Positions 5,965 to 14,504 of a stretch of DNA of 30,676 bases are shown one piece after another (within the stretch, counting starts at the first letter, position 1; every line of letters starts with the position of its first letter). The DNA is taken from the IMG/VR virus record IMGVR_UViG_3300031673_000330; one strand, written 5' to 3'. Both the position numbers and the translations under genes were made by a program. This DNA comes from a virus. The notes below the pieces were generated by a model, which had not been told where the DNA came from, did no database searches, and saw only the letters and a program-made list of their open reading frames with translations.

Positions 5965-8223
5965 ATGGCAACCAAACCTAAAGAAGAAAATTCTGAAGAA
6001 TCAAAGATATTACGTGAAGCTAAACAACGTTTTAGCATAGCTCAAGAAGCTTGGAGTTCATTCTTCAAGGAATACAAAGATATAATGAAGTTCCTGAATG
6101 GGGACCAATGGGATCATCAACTAAGACAGAACCGTGAGAGTGCTGGTATACCTGTACTTTCAGTTAATGTACTTCCTACATATCTTCGCCAAATAACAAA
6201 CGAATCTCGTCAGAATTGCCCAGCTATACAAGTAGACCCTAAAGATACAGATGCTGACCAAGAAACAGCCGAAGTTTATTCTGATCTAATTCGTGGTATT
6301 GAACAAGACTCTAACGCAGCTACAGCCTATGATAACGCATCTTGGTACGCAGCTGGGACTGGTCTAGGCTTCTTCAGAGTTATATCTGAGTATGAAAGCC
6401 CTACTTCTTTCTTCCAGAAGCTGGTAATTAAGGGTATAGATGATCCTGAGACAGTTCTTATGGACCCTAATCATAAGTGTGTCGACGGTAGTGACTCAGA
6501 ATATTGCTTCGTTGTAACTACGTATACCAAAGAAGAATATAAGCGTCAGTTCTCCACCTCTAAATTAGCTACAGACATAGACGTAAAAGGGTTCTCAACT
6601 AACCAATCACAGTGGATACGTGAAGATGAAGTAGTTGTAGCAGAGTACTACTACAAGGACCATAAACCTGGTAAATTATATAAAGTCTTTAATACTAAAA
6701 CACTTGAGACAATTGTTGCCAGTGAAAAACCAAGCGAAGACTTAGTTAAAAGCGGCGTTTTAGTCGTGGTTGATACCCGTGTTATAGACGAAATTACAAT
6801 TAAATGGGCTAAGATAAACGACGTTGAAATCCTAGAAGAAACGTCTTGGCCTGGTGAATTCATCCCAGTCATAGCTGTAAAAGGTGATGAGTCTTGGGTA
6901 GATGGTAAACGTCACCTTAAAGGTGCAGTTAAGGATGCTATAGACTCGCAACGTGCATTTAACTACTTCTTCTCCTTACAGGCTGAGTTACTAAGCCTAG
7001 CTCCTAAAGCCCCGTTTATAGGTGAAGTTAGACAGTTTGCTAACTACGAACATATCTGGAGGGATGCTAATACTGCTCCTTCTGCTTATCTGCCCTATAA
7101 CGCCGTAGAATCTGCTAATGGACAAACTTTACCACCTCCAATGCGTCAGACAGCCGAAGTTCCAATCCAAGCTGCTATGGCTATGTGTGGTCAGGCCAGA
7201 GATAACATTAAGGGGGTGTTTGGAGTATTCGATGCTTCTATGGGGGCACAGGGTAACGAAGTTTCAGGCAAAGCTATACTGGCACGCACTGAGCAAAGTC
7301 ATACAACTACGTACCACTTCTACGACAACTTAGCTAAGGCAGTTCAGCAAGCTGGTCGTATATTGGTGCAAAGTATACCTACGTTCTACGCAGATGAAAG
7401 AAGTGTTCAACTTATTAAGCGTAATGGTCAATCTTCTACATCTCGTATAAATGATGGAAGTCCTGAACGCGATATAAACAAGGGTAACTACGGTGTAGTC
7501 GTAGAAACTGGTCCTAGTTATGCAACCCGTAGACAAGACTCAGTTGCCCATATGATTACTCTTGGTGAAGCTTATCCTCAAGCTATGCCTTTAATCGCAG
7601 ACTTAATCGCATCTGAAAGTGATTGGCCTGGTAGCAAAGCTATTGCAGCTAGGTTACGTATGGCTCTACCTCCTGAAATACAGCAACAAGAAGCTGCTAG
7701 TGGCAAAGGTATTACTCCAGAAGCCCAAGCTCAAATGGCAATAAGCCAAGTTAAACAACTTACTGGTCAACTACAACAATTACAAGGACAGGACCAGAAG
7801 GCCCAGGAACTTTTAAAGAATGCTGACGAGGAGATTAAGTTGCTTAAACTTAAATCTGGCGTAGAGTTAGCTAAGGCTGATAAAGACTTTGAGATTAAAG
7901 AGAAGCAAATGATGTTGGATGAACTGGAAGCCGAGCTAAGCTATAAGGTTAAATTAAGGGAATTAGATCTACAGAAAGAACAACTGGATATAGAAAGAGC
8001 TAAAGTTGGTATTAAAACCGTAGAGACTATGAGCGATCTAAATGATAACATGCATGACCGTACGATGGCTCATATCGACAAGGTAACTAAGGTTATAGAC
8101 GTGCCAGCACCTACTAAGCCTCATACTGATTCTGTATCTGAGAACGTAAGCCCATCAGGTAACTTAGAGGGTATTGATAAGTCCTTCCAAACCATGTCAG
8201 GTGAAGACGTTACTAATGGATAG
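5965..8223 (+). CDS. Portal protein, P22-like with a long C-terminal coiled-coil barrel
   Basis: 752 aa, placed directly after terL. It has a long Q/E/K/L heptad-like C-terminal helix (QQLQGQDQKAQELLKNADEEIKLLKLK...), as in P22 gp1. Confidence 0.85.
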   Translation: MATKPKEENSEESKILREAKQRFSIAQEAWSSFFKEYKDIMKFLNGDQWDHQLRQNRESAGIPVLSVNVLPTYLRQITNESRQNCPAIQVDPKDTDADQETAEVYSDLIRGIEQDSNAATAYDNASWYAAGTGLGFFRVISEYESPTSFFQKLVIKGIDDPETVLMDPNHKCVDGSDSEYCFVVTTYTKEEYKRQFSTSKLATDIDVKGFSTNQSQWIREDEVVVAEYYYKDHKPGKLYKVFNTKTLETIVASEKPSEDLVKSGVLVVVDTRVIDEITIKWAKINDVEILEETSWPGEFIPVIAVKGDESWVDGKRHLKGAVKDAIDSQRAFNYFFSLQAELLSLAPKAPFIGEVRQFANYEHIWRDANTAPSAYLPYNAVESANGQTLPPPMRQTAEVPIQAAMAMCGQARDNIKGVFGVFDASMGAQGNEVSGKAILARTEQSHTTTYHFYDNLAKAVQQAGRILVQSIPTFYADERSVQLIKRNGQSSTSRINDGSPERDINKGNYGVVVETGPSYATRRQDSVAHMITLGEAYPQAMPLIADLIASESDWPGSKAIAARLRMALPPEIQQQEAASGKGITPEAQAQMAISQVKQLTGQLQQLQGQDQKAQELLKNADEEIKLLKLKSGVELAKADKDFEIKEKQMMLDELEAELSYKVKLRELDLQKEQLDIERAKVGIKTVETMSDLNDNMHDRTMAHIDKVTKVIDVPAPTKPHTDSVSENVSPSGNLEGIDKSFQTMSGEDVTNG

Positions 8224-8240
8224 CATAGTTATAAATAATA

Positions 8241-8249
8241 TGTTAAAAT
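8241..8249 (+). promoter_or_regulatory. Extended -10 promoter element TGTTAAAAT upstream of the scaffold gene
   Basis: Exact TGTTAAAAT in the portal-scaffold intergenic region. Confidence 0.5.
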
Positions 8250-8335
8250 AATGTATTCGTAGCAGCAAGTTTACTGGTTCTTGTACCACCCAAAAAACCA
8301 GGATTAACTACTTTAACTAAAGGAAGAAACAAAGA

Positions 8336-9208
8336 ATGACAACCGAAAATCAAGCAGTAGAAGCAGCAACACAGGTAGGTGGAGTACCCGCAGAACAAGA
8401 AGTAACAGAACAAGTAGTACCAGGACTAGGTGCAGACGAACAGGGAACTGAGCAAGTAGCTAAGACTGATGAAGAAGTAGCAGCAGAAGCCCAGGCTGAA
8501 ATAGAACACGAAGAAAAGCAGAAGAAATCTGGGTTTGAGCGTAGAGTACAGAAGCTTAATAGTAAGATAGAAGCAGCTAAGAACGAAGCAGAATACTGGC
8601 GTGAACAAGCCTTGAAGAATTCTAAGGCACAGGACGTTCAACAAGCACCACAAGAGGCCCAAGAGCAAGCTCTAGCTAAACCAGCTATGGCTAACTACTC
8701 TAATATCGAGGAATATACAGAGGCTCTAACAGATTATAAGTTAGCCTTGCGTGACCAGCAACAGGCACAGCGTAATGAGCAAGCTCAACGTCAAAAAGCA
8801 CTGGATAACTACAACGCTAAAGTCAAGGACTTCGTTAAGACAACACCAGACTTTGCCGAAGCACTAGACGATGTTTCTGACATGGCTATTGCACCTGAAA
8901 TTCATCAGGCTATTCTTGGTAGTGATGCTGGTCCACAACTAGCTTATTACATGGCTAAAAACGTAGATGAAATTGATAGAATCAATAGTCTCAGTCCCCA
9001 ACGTAGACTAATTGAAATGGGTAAAATAGAGGATAGGTTAGCCAAGACAGCACCAGTTGTTGCACGTGTAACTAAACCTGCTCCAGCCCCAGTTAAGCCT
9101 GTCGCTGGTGGTGCTCCGATATCTCAAAAGTCTGTATACGAAATGACAGCGCAGGAACTCATGCGGCACCGAAATGAACAAGAGGGTCGTATTGGAAGAC
9201 GTCGCTAA
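8336..9208 (+). CDS. Scaffolding protein
   Basis: Lies between portal and coat. Highly charged, A/E/Q-rich and helical, with a basic C-terminal end (RIGRRR). Strong SD AAAGGAAG. Confidence 0.7.
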   Translation: MTTENQAVEAATQVGGVPAEQEVTEQVVPGLGADEQGTEQVAKTDEEVAAEAQAEIEHEEKQKKSGFERRVQKLNSKIEAAKNEAEYWREQALKNSKAQDVQQAPQEAQEQALAKPAMANYSNIEEYTEALTDYKLALRDQQQAQRNEQAQRQKALDNYNAKVKDFVKTTPDFAEALDDVSDMAIAPEIHQAILGSDAGPQLAYYMAKNVDEIDRINSLSPQRRLIEMGKIEDRLAKTAPVVARVTKPAPAPVKPVAGGAPISQKSVYEMTAQELMRHRNEQEGRIGRRR

Positions 9209-9321
9209 ACCTAGAAATTACGTGGCCCTAGCTTTGTCTAAGCGTGGTGGTAAAGGGCCACATATTAAATCAACTAAGTCTAAACGTAGATTAAGCAAGG
9301 TTAAACTAAAGGAAGAAGATC

Positions 9322-9483
9322 ATGGCAAAGAGTAAGTTTAAGAAACTAGAAGAAAAAATAGATAAACAAAAGGGTATTGATAAGGACTCAGCTGCTGCTA
9401 TAGCTGCTTCTATAGGACGCAAGAAGCTAGGAGAGAAGGAAATGGTCCGTAGGGAAAAGACTGGTATTAAAAAGGCTAAATGA
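9322..9483 (+). CDS. Small basic protein (53 aa), absent from the ORF track
   Basis: ATG at 9322 preceded by AAGGAAG. The TGA overlaps the ATG of the HNH gene (ATGA). Sequence: MAKSKFKKLEEKIDKQKGIDKDSAAAIAASIGRKKLGEKEMVRREKTGIKKAK. Confidence 0.5.
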   Translation: MAKSKFKKLEEKIDKQKGIDKDSAAAIAASIGRKKLGEKEMVRREKTGIKKAK

Positions 9484-10040
9484 TAAAACCCTGTGTAAAA
9501 TGTGGTAGCACAGATAGGTATAAGAATGGGGCTTGTAAACCTTGTGCAAAGGCTGGTATAGCAGCCTACTACCAGGCAAACAAAGAGAGTATTAAGACTA
9601 GGCATACAGCTTACAGAAAGGCAAATCCTGAAAAGCATAATGCTAGGAATGCAGTCTGGGCTAAGGCAAATCCCGAGAAGGTTAAGGCTAAGAACGCAGT
9701 TATTTACCAGGAAAACAAAGAGAATATTAAGACTAGGCATGCAGCGTATAGAAAAGTTAATATACACAAATATAATGCGCTAAGCGCAAAACGTCGCTCA
9801 GCTAAGCTTAATGCAATCCCAGCCTGGGCCAATAACTGGTTAGAGAAATTAAAAATCCAGGAGCTATTTCTAATAGCTAAAGTTAAATCGGAGGTAGAGG
9901 GAATACCCTACCACGTCGATCACATAGCTCCCCTTCAATCTGACTTAGTCTGCGGCTTACACTGTTTTAATAATCTAAGAGTAATACCAGCCTCTGAGAA
10001 TATCAGCAAAGGCAACAGAACTTGGCCGGATATGCCTTAA
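9480..10040 (+). CDS. HNH endonuclease paralog 2 (zinc ribbon, 5 helical repeats, HNH domain), inserted between scaffold and coat genes
   Basis: CVKCG..CKPC zinc ribbon. Five 15-aa repeats (AAYYQANKESIKTRH and similar). The C-terminus reads VDHIAPLQSDLVCGLHCFNNLRVIPASENISKGNRTWPDMP. Confidence 0.85.
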   Translation: MIKPCVKCGSTDRYKNGACKPCAKAGIAAYYQANKESIKTRHTAYRKANPEKHNARNAVWAKANPEKVKAKNAVIYQENKENIKTRHAAYRKVNIHKYNALSAKRRSAKLNAIPAWANNWLEKLKIQELFLIAKVKSEVEGIPYHVDHIAPLQSDLVCGLHCFNNLRVIPASENISKGNRTWPDMP

Positions 10041-10051
10041 TAATAAATATT

Positions 10052-10081
10052 TTTACAAATATGGAATTTATGTGTTAAAAT
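10052..10081 (+). promoter_or_regulatory. Strong sigma70-type promoter for the coat-gene transcription unit
   Basis: TTTACA (10052..10057), a 17-18 nt spacer, then the extended -10 TGTTAAAAT (10073..10081). Confidence 0.6.
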
Positions 10082-10295
10082 AAGGTATAGAATTAAAGTT
10101 ACTGGACTTACAACCAGGCTAATAACAAGTTTCTAACTTGGTCTAATAGTAATACCCTCAGCTGCAACAAAGTTAATACTTTGTTTGGAACAGTATCCAG
10201 ATCTCAGCAATCGGAAATTCGGTAATACAAAACAAACAATACAGTAGCTAAGAAAGCTACTTACAATTAACTTTATAAGAAAGGTAACAAATATT

Positions 10296-11525
10296 ATGGC
10301 AAACCAACTTTTAACTATTAGTATGATCACGGCCGAATCTGCACGTGTGTTGGGTAACAACATCGTTCTGGGTAAAACTGTAAATCGCGACTACGACGAG
10401 GACTTCGCTGTCAAAGGCGCCAAGATAGGTCAGTCAACCAACGTTCGTAAACCTGCACGTTATAAAACACGTACTGGAGCTGTCGTAGACATCCAAGCTC
10501 AAAATGAGACTTGGGCACCACTGACTTTCGTAGATCCAATCGGTGTCGATCTTGCGTTTACTTCGCAAGAACTGACATTCTCGTTGGATGATTTCTCTAG
10601 CCGTGTTGTTAAACCTTCTGTTGTGGCTATTGCCAACCAGGTGGATAATCTAGGTTTTGACCTGGTTAAACAAGCATTTAACTACGTTGGTGCTCCTGGT
10701 ACTGCTATTACTGCTTCTACTGCACGTACAGCCGTACTGCAAGCAGCTGCTAACCTGTATGACAATGACGCTCCTGTAGGTGGAGAGGACCTTCATTTCA
10801 TCTCTGGTTCTAGCTTTAACGCAGTTCTTTCTGATTCTAATTCTTCGTTGTTTAACCCAATGAAAGAGATTTCAGAAATCTACGTTAAAGGTATGCAAGG
10901 CGAATTTGGTGGTTTCAAACACTACATGGACCAATTAGTTCCTAGCCATACTGCTGGTACTTACACTGCTAAAGGTACAACTCTGACTACTGGTTCCCCT
11001 CAGTCTGGTTCTACTCTGAACACTGTAGGTTGGACTTCAGGTGGTACTAGCCTTAAAGCTGGTGACGTGTTCACCTTGGCAGGTGTGTATGCTGTTAATC
11101 CACAAACCAAATCGGCTTATAGCTGGCTGCAACCATTCACAGTTACTGCTGATATCTCGGACACAACTGGTGCAATCGCAGCTCTGCCAATCAGCCCAGC
11201 AATAGTTGGACCTGGTAATCCGTTACAAAACGTATCTGCACTGCCTGCTACTTCGGTTCAAATTAACCTGGTTGCTGCTTCAGGTAATGTATCTCAACAA
11301 GCTATCGGCTTCCACAGAGACGCATTCATGCTGGCAAACCAAGAGTTGGTTCTTCCGATGGGCGTAGAAAGAGCTGATTATGTTCGTGATGAACAAACTA
11401 AGGTTGGTATCCGTGTGGTATCTCAGTTCGATATCAGAACTAACCAGCACATCACTCGTTTCGATACGATGGTTGCTTGGGCTACTCTGTATCCTCAACT
11501 GTGCACAAGAGTATTCACAAACTAA
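10296..11525 (+). CDS. Major capsid protein (P22-coat-like family, PF11651 type)
   Basis: The N-terminal pattern ITAESARVLGNNIVLGKTVNRDYDEDF..KG..IG.STNVRKPARY is typical of that coat family. Position after the scaffold gene, 409 aa. Confidence 0.8.
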   Translation: MANQLLTISMITAESARVLGNNIVLGKTVNRDYDEDFAVKGAKIGQSTNVRKPARYKTRTGAVVDIQAQNETWAPLTFVDPIGVDLAFTSQELTFSLDDFSSRVVKPSVVAIANQVDNLGFDLVKQAFNYVGAPGTAITASTARTAVLQAAANLYDNDAPVGGEDLHFISGSSFNAVLSDSNSSLFNPMKEISEIYVKGMQGEFGGFKHYMDQLVPSHTAGTYTAKGTTLTTGSPQSGSTLNTVGWTSGGTSLKAGDVFTLAGVYAVNPQTKSAYSWLQPFTVTADISDTTGAIAALPISPAIVGPGNPLQNVSALPATSVQINLVAASGNVSQQAIGFHRDAFMLANQELVLPMGVERADYVRDEQTKVGIRVVSQFDIRTNQHITRFDTMVAWATLYPQLCTRVFTN

Positions 11526-11530
11526 GAAAT

Positions 11531-11550
11531 GGCCTGGGGAAACCCAGGTC
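11531..11550 (+). other. RNA stem-loop with a GAAA tetraloop just after the coat stop codon
   Basis: GGCCTGGG-GAAA-CCCAGGTC forms a 6-8 bp stem. No U-tract follows, so it is more likely an mRNA-stabilising or processing hairpin than a terminator. Confidence 0.5.
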
Positions 11551-11586
11551 ACTCTAACTAACTAATTAACTAAAAAGGAACTTATT

Positions 11587-11787
11587 ATGTCAGCACCAAA
11601 TATTGAAATTTCGAGCAACCCAGATATCGTCTCTGGTGGTGGAGTTAATGGCTTCGGGGCAGGCTTCGCAGCTTACCTAGATGCTGATGCACCTCCTTAC
11701 GCACCTGGTGTCATCTACTTTAGTCTTACTGATAATAAACTAAAAGTAGGCGGAGCTACTGCGTACGAAACTATAACCTCTGCTTAA
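11587..11787 (+). CDS. Small G/A-rich protein co-transcribed with the coat gene (66 aa), a possible head decoration or accessory protein
   Basis: Strong SD AAAAGGAA. It lies between the coat gene and the terminator. Confidence 0.5.
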   Translation: MSAPNIEISSNPDIVSGGGVNGFGAGFAAYLDADAPPYAPGVIYFSLTDNKLKVGGATAYETITSA

Positions 11788-11818
11788 TCTTAGATTAAAC
11801 TAGGTTTAAAACAAAGCT

Positions 11819-11852
11819 AAAGGACTAGGAGTTAAAAGCCCTGGTCCTTTTT
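11819..11852 (+). terminator. Rho-independent terminator closing the coat transcription unit
   Basis: AAAGGACTAGG, a 10-nt loop, then CCTGGTCCTTTTT. The stem is 8 bp G/C-containing with one G-T wobble, extended by A-T pairs, and is followed by a T-run. Confidence 0.7.
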
Positions 11853-11868
11853 GCATAAGGGTTATATA

Positions 11869-12009
11869 ATGCCTATACAGAAGTCCAAGTCTAACAAAGC
11901 TGTTAGCAAAAACATTAAAATAGAAATAGCTGCTGGAAAACCACAGAAACAAGCTATTGCTATAGCCTTGAGCGTTCAACGTGAGGCAAAGAAGAATAAA
12001 AGGAGATAA
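11869..12009 (+). CDS. Small basic protein (46 aa), absent from the ORF track
   Basis: Sequence: MPIQKSKSNKAVSKNIKIEIAAGKPQKQAIAIALSVQREAKKNKRR. The KQAIAIALS motif recurs in small phage and bacterial proteins. The ORF ends 3 nt before the adaptor gene. Confidence 0.45.
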   Translation: MPIQKSKSNKAVSKNIKIEIAAGKPQKQAIAIALSVQREAKKNKRR

Positions 12010-12012
12010 CAT

Positions 12013-13032
12013 ATGTCGTCCACTACGAGAGAACTAATTACAGGGGCACTACGACTAATCAACGTTGTGCAGGCTAATGAAACGCCTAGCCCAGACGACA
12101 TGAACATAGCTTTATCTGCTTTTGATGCTATGATTGATTCGTGGGCTAATGATAAGCTCATGGTATATTCTATTAAGCCATACCTATTTAATACAGTAGG
12201 GGGTCAGCAGGATTACTTTTTAGGTCCTGGTAATCCAGTTCAAATCTTAGATCCAACCTCATTAACTACTGGATTGGGATACGTGGATGGTATCTACTCT
12301 AATGTACCTCTTACTGGATCTGCTACCGGATCTGGGGCATTAGCTACGGTTATCGTAGCTGGTGGTGTAGTAACCTCAGTTTCAATTCCTCCGTCTAATC
12401 AAACACCTGGTAATGGTGGAACTGGCTATGTTGTAGGCGACGTTTTAACTGCGTCTAATTCGAATCTGGGGGGTAGTGGTATTGGATTTAGTATAACTGT
12501 TCTAACAGTAGGACCAGGAGATTGGAATATAACTCGTCCGTTAGTAATAGAACAGGCATTCGTTGTGTGGAGTTCTGGAGCACAAACCGTAGATTTACCA
12601 GTAGCTCTGTTAAATGATTCCCAATTCGCCTCTATAGCAGTTAAAGAAACTCCTAGCAGCTTCCCCTTTGCCATGTATGATAATGGTAATTTCCCCATTA
12701 AGACAGTATCTGTATGGCCTGTTCCTACAGTTTCAACGCCTATGCGTTTATGGCTGCGTGAACCATTACTTGATATGGCTAACCTAGATTCTGTCATAGT
12801 TTACCCTCCTGGCTATGAAAGAGCCTTCCGATTCAACTTAGCTGTGGAATTAGCACCTGAATTTGGTAAAGCAGTGGCACAATCAGTTTCCGCAACTGCG
12901 TTATCATCTAGGTTGGCTATAGCTAGACTTAATGCTACACCACAGTATTCTATAGGGGATGGTGGATTAAATGCCCAGCGTTCCCCTTTCAATTATATCA
13001 CTGGTGGATTTTTGCCTTTAACTAGGTTTTAA
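12013..13032 (+). CDS. Head-to-tail adaptor, P22 gp4-like, with a large internal insertion
   Basis: The N-terminus LITGALRLINVV...SPDDMNIALSAFDAMIDSW parallels P22 gp4 (LVRAALRKLGVAS...SMQDAVDDLEAMMAEW). At 339 aa it is about twice the size of gp4, owing to a duplicated GxGYV.G...LT insertion. Confidence 0.65.
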   Translation: MSSTTRELITGALRLINVVQANETPSPDDMNIALSAFDAMIDSWANDKLMVYSIKPYLFNTVGGQQDYFLGPGNPVQILDPTSLTTGLGYVDGIYSNVPLTGSATGSGALATVIVAGGVVTSVSIPPSNQTPGNGGTGYVVGDVLTASNSNLGGSGIGFSITVLTVGPGDWNITRPLVIEQAFVVWSSGAQTVDLPVALLNDSQFASIAVKETPSSFPFAMYDNGNFPIKTVSVWPVPTVSTPMRLWLREPLLDMANLDSVIVYPPGYERAFRFNLAVELAPEFGKAVAQSVSATALSSRLAIARLNATPQYSIGDGGLNAQRSPFNYITGGFLPLTRF

Positions 13033-13034
13033 TC

Positions 13035-14504
13035 ATGGCTGAGAATAAGACCCGCTTCCCAGAATTCGTTGGACCTTCTAATACTCTACGAGTAGAGCGT
13101 TTTGATAATCAACGTACGGTTAATATGTACCTTGAAAAGGATCCCCTTGGCTCAGGTAAAGGAGGAGAACCTTATGCGTTAGTAGGGACACCTGGATTAA
13201 AAATACTAGCTGGGTTACCTAGTGGAATTGGTACTGGTCCTATACGTGCTGTGTATTCTGTATCACTTAATAACGCAGTTTATGTCGTATCAGGAGCTGA
13301 GATATATAAACTAGACTCAAACTTAGATGATCCTGTTCTAGTAGGACCTATGCTCACATCTACTGGTTTTGTATCAATAGCTGATAACGGTAACTCCGGT
13401 AACGAGATTGTATTCGTAGATGGACAGTATGGTTATTATTCCAACCTTATTGGTATTCCAACTCTTACTAATATCATCGACCCCAACTTCTATCCAGCTT
13501 CTACAGTGTCTTACCAAGATGGATACTTCATCTTTTGTCAAACGGGGACTAGCTACTACTTTATCTCTGATCTATATAGTGTTAATTTCTTGCCACTAAA
13601 CCAAGCTAATAAAGCTGGTGATAGCGATGTTTTAATTGCCACCATATGTAATAACCGTATCCTATACTTGCTTGGTCAAAATACTATTGAAACCTGGTGG
13701 GATTCTGGTCAGTCAGGTTCTACACCATTTGCAAGACAAGATGGACAGTTTGCACAGACTGGTTGTACTGCCGTAGGTTCTGTAACTAGAATATTCAATA
13801 CTATAATGTGGTTAGGCACTAACCCTCAAGGTGGTGGTATTGTGTATATGATGGAAAACTCGCAGCCTATAAGAGTTTCTAACCACGCTATAGAATACTC
13901 TTTACAAAATGCCGGAGACTTATCCGGTAGTACTGCTTACTCTTGGCAGATAGAAGGACACTACTTCTATGTTCTAAACGTTCCCGGTCTAAATACAACC
14001 TGGGTTTATGACATAGCTACACAACAATGGTTTGAACAACAATCAGTAAGAAACGGAAAAGTAGGTAAACATCTAGGAGGGTGTCATACGTTTTATAATG
14101 GTACTCACTTGATAGGGGACCAAAACTCTAACCTAGTTTATGAATATGATTTTGATACCTATACCGATAATACTCAGCCAATTGAAAGACTTAGACAATC
14201 TCCACATATTAGCCAAGGATTAAATCGTATCTTTTATAAGTTATTCCAGGTAGATACTAGCCCTGGGGTTGGCTTAGCCGATGGTACTGATCCCCGTATA
14301 ACGTTAACTATATCTAACGATGGTGGAGAGACTTGGGGTAATCCTATTTTTGCATCTCTGGGTAAACAAGGTAAATACTTCACACGTGCTCGTTGGCAAC
14401 GTCTTGGTAGTTCTAGGGACAGAGTCTTTAGGGTTACTTGCTCAGACCCAGTTAAATTCAATTTATTATCTGCGTATTTAGACGTAGAAGCAGGGGAAGC
14501 TTAA
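13035..14504 (+). CDS. Tail hub / DNA-stabilisation protein, P22 gp10-like
   Basis: The pattern RTVNMYLEK......ALVGTPGL......IRAVYSVSLNNAVYVVSGAEIYKLD parallels the P22 gp10 N-terminus (PVNMLATPKE...LRSFPGI...RGVEYNTAQNAVYRVCGGKLYK). Size and gene order agree. Confidence 0.7.
   Translation: MAENKTRFPEFVGPSNTLRVERFDNQRTVNMYLEKDPLGSGKGGEPYALVGTPGLKILAGLPSGIGTGPIRAVYSVSLNNAVYVVSGAEIYKLDSNLDDPVLVGPMLTSTGFVSIADNGNSGNEIVFVDGQYGYYSNLIGIPTLTNIIDPNFYPASTVSYQDGYFIFCQTGTSYYFISDLYSVNFLPLNQANKAGDSDVLIATICNNRILYLLGQNTIETWWDSGQSGSTPFARQDGQFAQTGCTAVGSVTRIFNTIMWLGTNPQGGGIVYMMENSQPIRVSNHAIEYSLQNAGDLSGSTAYSWQIEGHYFYVLNVPGLNTTWVYDIATQQWFEQQSVRNGKVGKHLGGCHTFYNGTHLIGDQNSNLVYEYDFDTYTDNTQPIERLRQSPHISQGLNRIFYKLFQVDTSPGVGLADGTDPRITLTISNDGGETWGNPIFASLGKQGKYFTRARWQRLGSSRDRVFRVTCSDPVKFNLLSAYLDVEAGEA

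Noticed and set aside
9222-9335. Possible 37-aa GTG-initiated ORF (VALALSKRGGKGPHIKSTKSKRR...) just after the scaffold stop, or a frameshift extension of the scaffold.
   Set aside because: It has no SD, a non-ATG start and an overlap with the better-supported ORF at 9322. The basic peptide is suggestive, but the sequence alone does not support it.
9306-9767. 153-aa minus-strand ORF overlapping the small basic ORF and HNH-2. Similar antisense ORFs occur at 1846..2028, 2508..2891, 4698..5024, 5313..5927, 6651..6872, 7330..7536, 8426..8668, 11280..11552, 11806..12161, 12426..12797, 14234..14664, 16841..17041, 19681..19917, 20161..20373, 21890..22156, 23508..23756 and 24787..24969.
   Set aside because: All lie antisense to well-supported genes. 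They have odd low-complexity (L/F/I/S/C-rich) translations and no SD. They break the uniform strand organisation of the arm, so they are shadow ORFs.
10133-10363. 76-aa minus-strand ORF in the coat-gene leader.
   Set aside because: It runs against the promoter-to-coat transcription unit and overlaps the coat start. It has no SD and a hydrophobic junk-like translation. The region is better explained as a 5' UTR.
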